A DNA stretch of 64,000 bases. Source: an uncultured delta proteobacterium. Lineage in GTDB: Bacteria; Desulfobacterota; Syntrophorhabdia; Syntrophorhabdales; WCHB1-27. Each line of letters begins with the position of its first letter. Position 1 is the stretch's first letter. Both the position numbers and the translations under genes were made by a program. Below, piece after piece: positions 1 to 12,000 of this stretch. Location of the stretch: the NCBI GenBank assembly GCA_963816715.1, contig CAWFMJ010000015.1, positions 290,108-354,107 of the forward strand. Reading direction: 5' to 3'. Under the pieces are notes generated by a model, which was not told the origin of the DNA, did not search any database, and saw only the letters and a program-made list of their open reading frames with translations.

Positions 1-3000
1 GCACAGTCCACGGCGGGCAGCGGCGGCCTCATCGCCGCCTCGGGCGCCGCTTCGAGCGTCGAAGACACGAGCACGACGCAAGCATACATCGAAAACGCGA
101 CGTCGGCTGCCAACAAATCGACCTTCGATACGGCCTCGCTCACGGTGTCGGCAAGCCATACGGCGCAGTTTGACAGCCAGGCGAATTCCACGGAGGCCTC
201 TTTGGTGGGCGGCAGCGGAGCCTCCGGCACGAACACCATCGACACGACCGTCGACGCTTTCATCGGCGACTACACGAACGTCGCGACGGACAACCTCAAC
301 GTCACGGCGACAAGCACCACCCTCAAGAATATGTCCATGCCCAACGCGTGGAGCACCTGGGACATCCAGGCCGGCTCCGGCGGCGCCATCGCGGGCAGCG
401 CGGCCCAGAGCATAACGAACATCAGCAATGACACCGAGGCCACCATCGGGGACTCCGTGACCATCGACGTGGTGGGGAGCCTCTCCGACCCCGGCGCCTT
501 TGTCGTGAGCGCTTACAACGACGTCGAGGCCTCCGATTGGGTCGATCTCGACGCAGGCGGAGCGATCGCCTATGCCGGCGCAACGAGCGAGATACTGGTC
601 GACAACAACAATCCCAACAATTTGCCGACCGCCCTGGCGAGCCTCGGCAACAACGACGTCATCTCCACGGTAGGAGACCTCGACCTGGAAGCGTACACGA
701 AGGGAATACTCGACGTGGAGCCGAAGGCGCATACCTACGGTCTGGCCGCCGCGGCATCGATCGACGCCGAAGCCCTCATGCACGAGAACGACGCGGTCAA
801 TGTCGGGACCGGGACCAATGTCCTGGCTATGGGCAACCTGAATCTCCTGGCAGGCGCGAACCACACCGGCACGGAGAACTACTTCAATATAACGTCCCAC
901 GGCGACGAATTGAACGCCTCGGCCATCCCCATCAACGAGCTGCAGTCGCACGGCGAGGTGGTCCAGAACAACACCGTTTACATCGGCGCGGGCAGCGATC
1001 TCCAGACCGCGCAGGACGCCAACCTCACCGCCGAGACGATGGGAACCGACGAAGTGACCGCGTACGGCGAGGGCAAGGACTGGATGAGCGATCTTGCCGC
1101 CGACATTAACAGCCTCGGCACGCCTATCCCTGCCACCATGCAGGGCGGCACGCAAACCGTCACCACCACCGGCACGGTGACGGTGAACGGCACGGTTGAA
1201 GTGGGCGTCGATGGGCAGAAAACACTCGTCATTAATCAAGACGGCACGATTGCCCAACAGACCGGCGGCATCACGTTTACGACAAGCACGGAGTCGGAAG
1301 CGAACGACCTGATGATGGAATATGAGTACTGGACTTCCATGGTGACCGTCTACGGCGCCGGTTCTACTGCCGGCCAGGCCTACCAGCAGCAGGCGGACTA
1401 CGTCGCCGCGGAGATGACGGCCCTCGGCCTCAGCGCCACAAACGGCTCGACCACCGCCTACCTCACGTCCTACGCCGTGCCTTATATCACGGTCGATGCC
1501 ATCGACGCTCAGGAAGGAACGATCAACGTCATCGGCACGTCCCTTGCGGTCAACGGGACCCTCGACGCCTCGGGCAACGTGTCGGTTGATATCGAGAACA
1601 ATAGCCCCGACTTTCTCCGGATCGAGGGAATCGACATATCCAGCAGCGCCGGCGGCCAAGTGCTTTTCAATTACAACGCCATCACGAGCCTTCAGGGCTT
1701 GACGAACGTCTCGGGGAGCGGCACGCTCAGCGTGGCGGGGAGCGCCGGCGCGACGACGCCCACCATTACGATCAAGAGCAACTTCGGCGCTTCCGACGAG
1801 ATCGGCAATTACGCCCATTGCCAGACACCGAATGTGGAACTCTCGGGCGACATCAGCAACATGCTCGGCTCGGTGACGATTTACTCGGCGGGAAGCGTCA
1901 TAGAGAATGCCAACACCGACGCAGGGACCATCTCCATCACCGCGGGCGGCAGCTACGTACAGAACTACAGCAATGCCCTGAGCAGCATCGGAGGAGGAGA
2001 CCCGGCAGCCCAGGCGGTGTGGACGCAGGTGCTCGAGGACGCCATAGCAGACTGGAATGGCAATTTCCTTTATGGCATGATCGGGGTGCTTTCGAGCTCG
2101 AATGACACCAACGCGCAGTTCCAGGCCGACCTCGCTGCCGCCCTCGCCGCCTCGGCGCCGACCTCGAGCAGCATCGTCGCGGGCGAGAATGTTTTCATCG
2201 CCGCGGAGTACCTCAACATCGATGGCACCGTGCAGAGCGGCCAGCCGCAGCAGACGGTGACGATCCTCAACAACGCGGCGACCCAAACCTACATCAGCAA
2301 CGCGAATAGTGTGTATGCGGCAGAACAGGCGGGCTCGACCTCATATGCCAACCGTCTGATAAATCAGGATGGCCTCACGACGAGCGACGGCATACACTTC
2401 AAGCTCGCGACGCAGTCGGGCGACACCATAACCGCTTACTACAACGCCCAGACGCAGCAGATCGACCTGGCGCCCGTGACCGTTCAGGGCGGCTACATGC
2501 AGCTCTACGGAGACATTGCCAGCACCGGCAACGGCCAGCTCAACGTCCTCGACGGCTACGGCACGGTGAGTATCACGAACGACACTTCCTATGCGCTGGT
2601 TACCAACACGATCGAGACGGGGCAGGGCGCGGCCGGGAAGCTCATCATCACGGATACGGCCTACACAGCCGACGTAAACGGCCAGGACCTGCCGCTCACC
2701 ACGGAGTATACCAGGGTGAACGGAGAAGTCACGACCGAAACCTACTACCTCTCTTCAACGGGCGCGAAGCTCGACGATACAACCGTTTCCTCGGGAAGCG
2801 TCGGGAGGACGGCGGTCTACACGCCGCTTTCCGGCCAGCGGTACTACTGGACCGAGGGCGAAGATTTCATGACCACCACGACCGACACGTACAGCGCCTC
2901 GGCGTGGCTCGGCATCAGCGCGTTCTACTCGCCGTCGAATATCGTCAGCTCCGATACCGTCGTGACGAAGGGCCTGCACCTTGAATCGGGCGCCTACATC

Positions 3001-6000
3001 GCGACTGACAGCAGCGATACGAGCGCGTACGACTTCAGCATGCAGCAATTCCAGACGAGCGCCCCCACTACGGTAGACAGTCCGGTGCAGGAAAGCTCGA
3101 CCTGGTACGGCAAGACGACCTATACCTCGACACAGACAACCTACGACGGCTATGAGGACATCTACACGAGCAGCATCAAGGCCGACAGCCCGATCAACAT
3201 CGATTTTATCGGGAGCGACAGCGGCAGCGTGACGATAAGCTCGCCCAACAGCAGCGTCATCGTCGACGGCGCCATCCAGAACGCAACGGGTACGACGAGC
3301 ATCAGCGCCGGCGGCCAGGTCGAGCAGGGCAGCGCGACCGCTTCCGTCGGCGGCGCCAACATCACCCTCGCAGCCGGAAGCGGCATCGGAGCGACCGGGG
3401 CGCTGGACGTCAATCTCACGAAATCTTCCGGCGTGCTCAACGCGACGAGCACGACGGGCGACATCGATATCGACGACCCCAACGGCAGCCTCACGATCGA
3501 CACAATCAGCACGTCCCAAACGGACGGCGACATCACGATCACGGCCGCGGAGAATATCTTCGCCTCGTCTACCTCTTCGCTGATAACCGGCGGCGCCATC
3601 ACCCTGACGGCGACCGACGGCGAGATCGGCAGCTTCGGCACGAACGGCACGTACGACGATCCGGCCTCCGACGCGCTCCCCATCGACATCGATACCGGGA
3701 CCGACGCAACGCACGACATGCTGACTGCTACGGCATTCGGCAACATCTACATCATCCAGCCGACGGGCAACCTGCTCGTCCAGGACATCACGACGAACGG
3801 GGACGTGCGGGTAGAGGTCCCTAACGGCAATATCGCCAACTCGAACACGGACGTCGTCGTCGACACAAGGACGTGGAACGAGCTGCTCAGCATGTACGAT
3901 CAGATGGAGGCCACGGGGTCGGCGGCTCAGACGAGCATCAACGATACGATCCTCGCGTACAACGCGGGGCAGACGCAGGATTACCTCACCTACTGGACCT
4001 ACCGGAACCAGCAGTCAAACGACTACGTGGGCGGCCTCACCGATGGCCAAACTTACTATGTCGTCCAGGTTGACAGCACGCACATCGGCCTTGCGACTAC
4101 CGCCGGAGGAACGCCCGTGAGCATTATGGCCTCCACCGACCCGGGCGACGGCGCCGCCGAGCAACGACTCTACACCGGCTCCGGGACGTACGTGACTTTT
4201 GACGACTCATCGTCGACCATCAACAATACGAACAGCACGATCGCCATGTCCGGCATTACAGGCGGAACCCTCACGGCGGGCGAGGAGGTCACCTTCGAGC
4301 GGTATGTGCCGTACAGCGACAGCCAGACGGTAACCCTTTCCGCTGCCCAGCAGACGGCCTACACCACGTACTATACACAGCAGGGAACGGCCCAGGGCCT
4401 CAGCGGCTCGGCCCTGACCAGCTACGTCAACAACGCAATCCAGACCCTGGAAAACCAGGAGACCCAGGAATACCACACGCTCAACCAGACCTGGGGGTCC
4501 GTGGGCGATTTCTACGACCCCACCTTCTCCTATAGTTCCGGGTATTCCGTAGCGAAGTTCGCAGGGTACTCCGTGGCGAACTTTGACTCCTCTTCCGTGA
4601 CGGGAAACGTCATTAATGTGGGCGCCAACGCCTTCACGACCGGCGAGGCCGTGACCTACGAAGAGAGCGGGGCCGCGGCCGGCGCAACGAACGGCAACCT
4701 CGTCGTCGGCAATACCTACTACGTGATCGCGGGCGTCGGCGGCAATGCGAACGACATCAGCCTTGCCGACTCCGCAGCCGATGCAACCGCAGGGAATGCA
4801 ATCACTCTGGGCACAATCACGGGAAGTGCGAATTACGTTTATGGGACCAGCCCTTCCGTGACGGGAAACGTCATTAATGTGGGCGCCAACGCCTTCACGA
4901 CCGGCGAGGCCGTGACCTACGAAGAGAGCGGGGCCGCGGCCGGCGCAACGAACGGCAACCTCGTCGTCGGCAATACCTACTACGTGATCGCGGGCGTCGG
5001 CGGCAATGCGAACGACATCAGCCTTGCCGACTCCGCAGCCGATGCAACCGCAGGGAATGCAATCACTCTGGGCACAATCACGGGAAGTGCGAATTACCTT
5101 TCGGGCGGCCCCAGCTCCGACGCCCTGCACAACGCGTTCGGCGCTTCCGCGGTAGCAGGCAACACGATCAACGTCGGCGCCAACGCTTACACGACCGGCG
5201 AGGAAGTCGTCTATGAGAACGGCCAAGCGGCGGGCGCAACGAACGGGAACCTTGTCGTCGGCCAGACGTACTACGTGATCAAGGATTCCACCGACACCAT
5301 CAGCCTTGCCGACTCCGCCACGGACGCGAGCGAAGGCAACGCGCTTGCCATAGGCTCGATTACGGGCAGCGGCAACTTCTTCTCCGACGGCGCCGTTCTC
5401 GCGCAACGGGCGGCGTGGAGCCAGGCGCAGTTACAGGAGTCCTTCAACGCGAATATCCTTGCGCCGAGCACCGCGACATCGACCCAATACGCCACGGAGA
5501 CGGACATCACGGCGCGCAATGTCTACCTGAAGGCGTCCAATGCGCCGAGTAATACATCCGCCGGCAACATCGGCGTGAGCGAAGGGACGCTCACGATTAA
5601 CCTGCCCCTTTCCTCGGACAATCTCAGCACGGCGCAGGAAGTTGCCCTGGCGGCGGCGGAGCCGGAAGACATCACGTTCTATACGGGCTCCAACGGCACA
5701 GGCTCGGTAATAAACCTCAACAGCCTCCCCAGCGGGGAGACTGTCGCCGAAGCCCTCGCCAAAGCCGGGAGCCTCACGGTGAACGAGATAAAGCCGGTGG
5801 ACGTCGTCGCCGCGGGAACGCTCATTTTCACAGGGACAGGCAACGTCAACGTTGGCTCGACCGGCAACATGAACCTGGAGAGCGTGACGGCGGGCAACGA
5901 GGCAAGGCTCACGGCGGGTGGAAACCTGGTGGACGCGAGGACAGACTCGAGCGCCGTCGTCGAGGCGGGCGGCAACGTGGTTCTCGAAGGTGGTAACGGC

Positions 6001-9000
6001 TACATCGGGACTGCCTCGAACCCCTTCATCATAGCGCTCTCCACCGGCTCTCTCACGGCGAGCGCGGCAGAGGACATCTACATCACGGAGACGAGCTACG
6101 AGGGAACGACCTATTCGATGAACGTCGCCCATGTTTTCAGCGATAACGACGTCTACCTGACAACACAGGGCTCGATCCTCGACTATTACGGCGTCAACGA
6201 TCAGCCCGAGTGGGAAATCGGCGCGCAGTCCGCAGACCTCCAGGCAGGAGGAGGCATCGGCGCGAGCAACAATTATGTGGGCATGGAGCTTACCGACGGG
6301 ACGATCACGGCGAATGCGAAGGGCAGCATTTATCTGAGCCAGTACTCGGGCGACATGGACGTCAAGCTGGTCGATTCAGCGACCGGGGACGTCGGCTTGT
6401 CGGCAGCGGGCAACCTCCTCGACGCCTCCGGAGGCGTAGCGGCGGCAGTGATAGGGAAGAATGTCACCCTCCAGGCAAACAGCGGGTCCGTCAATGTGGC
6501 GTCCAACGGGCTTGCCGTCGCTTTTGACATCCAGGCCTCCGGGAACCTCACTGCCTCGAGCTTCCTCGATATCTACGTTACCCAGATGAGCGGCAACCTT
6601 TCCCTCGGCACGGTGGCGACGACCCAGGGGACGGCCTATATCTCGGCGCCTACGGGAGAGATCCTGAACGGGCTCTCCAGCGGCGACAACATCACCTCCG
6701 GCGCGACCTACCTCTTTGCTTCCGGCAATATCGGCACGCAGGCAAACCCGATAACCTCGGCCACTCCGTCGAATGCAGCATCAGCCGAACTCCAGGCAAA
6801 TTCGACGACCGGCGGCGTCTATATCGTGAACAAGGGCGCCCTCGACATAACGGACGTTTCCGGCGGTGGCGATGCAATAGAAGCGGGCGGCTCGGTGGAC
6901 ATCACGACCCATTGCGTCATGACGTTGACCGGGCAGGTTACCGTCGGAGCAGACGGCCTTGGCAATCTCACCCTCACTGAAGCTGGCGGCACGGCGGGCG
7001 ATTTCATCCACGTCGAGCAAGGCACAGACCTAACTGTATCGGGCAACGTAACCTTTATAGCCGAACAGGACGTGCTTATCGACGCAGGCTCCACAATCAG
7101 CGCTGGTGGATCGGTGACGATCGAAGGCGACCAGGAGACCGCAGCATTAGTAAACGCCACAGCAGCCAACATACTGGTGGCCGGGACGATTACGGGAAGC
7201 TCGCTGACCATCCAGGGCGGCGCACATGACGATATCATTAGCCTGACCAATGTCCAGCCCGGCGTGCCCACGACCATCGAGACGGGCACGGGGAACGATA
7301 CGATCAACATAGGAAGCCTCGCGACGATGACCCTGAATACGGGCGATGTCCTCGGCACGATCCAAGCCCCCCTCGTCATCGACGGCCAGGGCGGAACGGA
7401 TACCCTCAACCTCGACGACTCGGGGGACACGGCGAACACATCGGGCGACCTCACGTACAATACCCTCACGGGCCTCGGCATGGCGGACGGCATTACGTAT
7501 TCCAACATCGCCGCCCTCAATATCTCCCTCGGCTCCGGCAACGATACGTTCACCATCCAGTCGACCGACTCCGGGACGACGAAGCTTTCCACCGGCGCCG
7601 GGACGAACACCGTCAACGTCCAAACAATCTCAGGCGCGACGACCATTGACGACGGAAGCGCGACAGACACGATCAATGTCGGCAACGTTTCCAGCCAGAC
7701 AGGCCAGATCGGCGCCCTCCTCACCGTCAAGGGCGACGTTTCCGACATCCTCAACGTGACCGACGCGGGCGACGCGACGGGCCGCACGGGAACCCTCACC
7801 GGTTCCACGATCACCGGCCTCGGCATGACGGGGAGCATAGCTTACGCCGGCGTCCAAACCTTGAACATCTCCCTCGGCTCTGGATCGGACACGTTCAATG
7901 TCCAGTCGACCGATTCGGCAACGACCAATCTCAATACCGGTTTAGGGGCAAATGAGGTCGACGTGCACGACGCGTCGAACACAACCAACCAGATCAACGG
8001 CCTCCTCACCGTGACGGGCAACCCCGGCTCCGACATCCTCAACGTGACCGACGCGGGCGACGCGACGGGCCGCACGGGAACCCTCACCGGTTCCACGATC
8101 ACCGGCCTCGGCATGACGGGGAGCATAGCTTACGCCGGCATCGAGACCTTGAACGTCTCCCTCGGCTCCGGCAACGACACGTTCACCGTCCAGTCGACCG
8201 ATGTGAACGTCACCAACCTCCATACCGGTGCAGGGAGCAATACGGTCAATGTCCAAACCATTTCCGGCGCGACCACCATCTATGACCAGAGCACGACAGA
8301 CACGATCAACGTCGGCAGCCTCTCTAACCAGACAGGCCAGATCGGCGCCCTCCTCACCGTCAAGGGCGATGCTTCCGACACCTTGAACGTGACCGACTCC
8401 GGCGATTCCGCGAACGGTGTCTCGGGCGACCTTACTTCTTCAACGATCACGGGCCTCGACATGGCCACGGGCATCGACTACTCGGGCGTTGCAACGCTCA
8501 ACATTCATCTCGGCACGGGCAACAACGCTTTCGCCATCGACTCCACCTCCGCTGCGACGAACAACCTTTACACGGGCGTCGGAACCGAGAGCAACACGGT
8601 CAACGTCCACGAGATCGACAATGCGACGAACATCTATGACGGAAGCAAGAGCGACACGATCTACGTGAGCGACACCTCCAACACGACAAGCCATATCGAG
8701 GCCCTGCTCACGGTCAATGGCGCGGGCGGCGCAAACAACGGCGACACCTTGAACGTAACCGACACGTCTGACGGCGGGAACATATGGGGCAACCTAACGT
8801 CTTCCGCGATCACGGGCAATTTCTTCGGAACCGGAGGGAGCGTCGACTACTCGGGCGTCGCAACCCTCAACATCTCCCTCGGCTCGGGCAACGATACGTT
8901 CACCATCCAATCGACCAATCAGAGCACGACGAGCAATCTCTCTGCAGGCGCAGGAAATAACACGATCTACGTCCAGACCATAGCAAGCACGACGTTGGTC

Positions 9001-12000
9001 CAGACGGGCAATGGGAACAACGCCATCGACGTTTACGACGGGTCGAACACGACGGACCAGGTGTCCGGTTCCCTCACGATTGCTGCCGGCACAGGCAACA
9101 ACACCCTCAACGTGACCGATACGGGCGATGCGACGGGCCGAAGCGGCAATCTCACCGCTTCCACCCTCACCGGCCTCGGCATGGCAGAGGGCATCACCTA
9201 CACCGGCATAACGACCCTGAACATCTCCCTGCCTTTGACGGCTCAGAACAACTTCACCATTTCCAATACCGATACGACGACCACGAACCTTACCGGCGGC
9301 AACGCGGGCGATACGATCACGATCTACCAGGTGAGCGGCCTCACGAACGTTCAGGACGGCTCGGGCGACGACACCATAACGAAACTGGGCTATGCCGACA
9401 GCGCCACGCTCAACATCGACGGCGGCTTGGGCAACAACACCGTCAACGTGAGCTATGCAGGCGGTTCGAGCAATGACCTCATCAATGTGACCGACGCCAA
9501 GGAAGCGCCGACGCCCATTACATTGAGCAGCGCCGGCTCGGGCTCCTCCCAGGAACTCACGCCTGTGGTCGCTAACCAGACTTTCAACGCTGCGTCCACC
9601 GCCAACGGCGGTTCCGTCAACATTGCAAACAGCACTATCGAGATCGCCAACGCGGACACACTGTACTACACCGGCGAGACGGTGCGCTACCTCAATGACG
9701 GGACGAACGCGAGCAGCGTGGGCGGCCTGAATAACGGGCAGGTGTACTATGTTATCGTGACGGGCCAGAATACCATCCAACTGGCCCTTACCCTGGAAAA
9801 CGCCCTGAAGGCGACCCCTGTCTCCATCGCGTTTACCGGCTACGGCACAGGGACAAACAGTCTGGTCGTCCCCTCCTCGACGCCGACGACCTTTAACGGC
9901 GCAACCGCCGTCAGCCTCGCGAACAACACGATCACCATCGATTCCCACGGCTTCCTCACGGGCGAGGAAGTCACGTACGAAGATGGCGGCGGGACGGCGA
10001 TCGGCGGACTCGTCAACGGGCAGACCTACTACGTGATCGTGGTCGATGCGAATACGATCCAACTATCGACGACGGCGCCTTCGGCCGGAACGACGCTCAA
10101 CATTTACGGTACGAACCAGACGGAGAACCTGCTTCTGAGGGCGACCTCCAACCCGACAAGCTCAGGCCCCAATGGCACGGGATTCGTCGCTGCCCTGAAC
10201 GGCGGAACCGACTACGAGATGGTCACGTATACCTCGTCGATCAGCAATCTCATCGTCAATACGGGAAACGGCAACGACACGGTGACGCTGGACGACAACC
10301 GGATAGAGACGCTGATCAACGCCGGCACGGGGACCGACACGTTCCAGATAGGCCAGATTTTCCAATCGGCCCGTAACACGAGCAGCAACGTGCTCATCGA
10401 CGCGTTTACGACGACCCTGACCACCAGGGGCTACCTGAGCAACGGCGTGAGCTACGACACGACTATCACCGGCGGCGTGGGGACCAACGCAGGGGCGGAT
10501 ACCTTCACGGTATACCGCAACCTCGCCACCCTCGACCTTGTCGGAGGCACGGGGAACGACACCTTCATTGTCCAGTCCTTCGTGACGGAGGCCTCTGTCC
10601 TGTCGCGCGTCAACACCGGGAGCGCGAGCAATAATATCCAATATGTGACGAACGCCGACCTCGAGATTGACGGCGGCGCAGGCATCAATACACTCGAGAT
10701 CATCGGCACCGAGTTCGACGACGACTTCGTCATCACGGACCAGGCGATTTACGGCGTCGGCAGGACGATTGATTTCCAGAACATTCAGAACCTGATCATT
10801 GACGGCGGCGCAGGCGACAACACGTTCTACATCCTGAGCACTCCCGCTTCGTGCAACGTCGAGCTCTGGGGCGGCCTCGGCAACTCGACCTTCATCATCG
10901 CCGGTTCCTCGGCGGTGCTGCCTGCCGGATTTAACGCCGTGGGCGCCAACGACGTCAGCGTCAACCTTGCAACACTGCAACAACAACCCACCGATAACCT
11001 GAGCTGCATCGAAGGAAACCTCACGATACAGGGCGGTCCGAGCCCGGGGAGCGTCGTGGGAACGAACGCTCCGACGATGCTGCCGGGAGAAACGAATATC
11101 CCATCCCAGGACGGCACGGTACAGGCTTTTTCGGGAACGGGCGTTGCGGGGGCGACGACGGACACGATGACGGTCGAGACGGCCGACCTCCAGACGAAGG
11201 CGAATACCCTGGGCTTTACCACTTTGAGCCAGTTCGCCGGCCAGACCATCGAGATCGTTTCAGGAAGCGGCGTCGGCCGTTTCTGGTTGATCACAGGGGT
11301 GACTCAGTCTGCTTCCGATCCGGCGCTGACGACCCTCACGTTGCAGGACCCGGCGGAGTTGTCGGCGCAATGGACGACGCTTCCCACGAGCGGCAGCGTA
11401 TACGCCATCAACGGTTTATCTCAATCGTACTTTGTGAACACTGCCAGTCTCGTGAACGTCATGTCCGTCTATGACGACCAGGCCTCCACGTCCACGGGGT
11501 CGCTCGTCGGGAAGGGCAGCCAGGGCATGGAACTGACCGGGCTCGACATGGGCGGGACCTTCGATTACAGCGACATGGATACGGTGCAGTTCTACCTGGG
11601 CACGAACGTGACCAACTTCACCGTGTCGGGCTCCCTCGAAACGGGCACTCCTGACAGTTCGGGCGGCTACGGCCAGACGCTGACGTCCATCACCACGGTG
11701 AGCGAAAGCGCAACGCCGGTGACCGATACCTTCAACATCGACCTCGACGACTCCATTGCCGGCCTCTTCGCCCTCAATATGGAAGGGGGAGCGGACAATT
11801 ACGTTTATGCGATGAATTCAACCCTGCCGCTCGTGATCTTCGGCGGCGAAGGAAGCAACACTATTTACGGAGGCCAGGGCGGGGACACGATTTTCGGCCA
11901 CGAGGGCCTCATTGACTACACGGACGATGCGGGCGACGTGATAACCCGTCTCGGCCTGGACTTCTCCGAGCAGACCAACAACACCTTGAACCGGGGTCAG

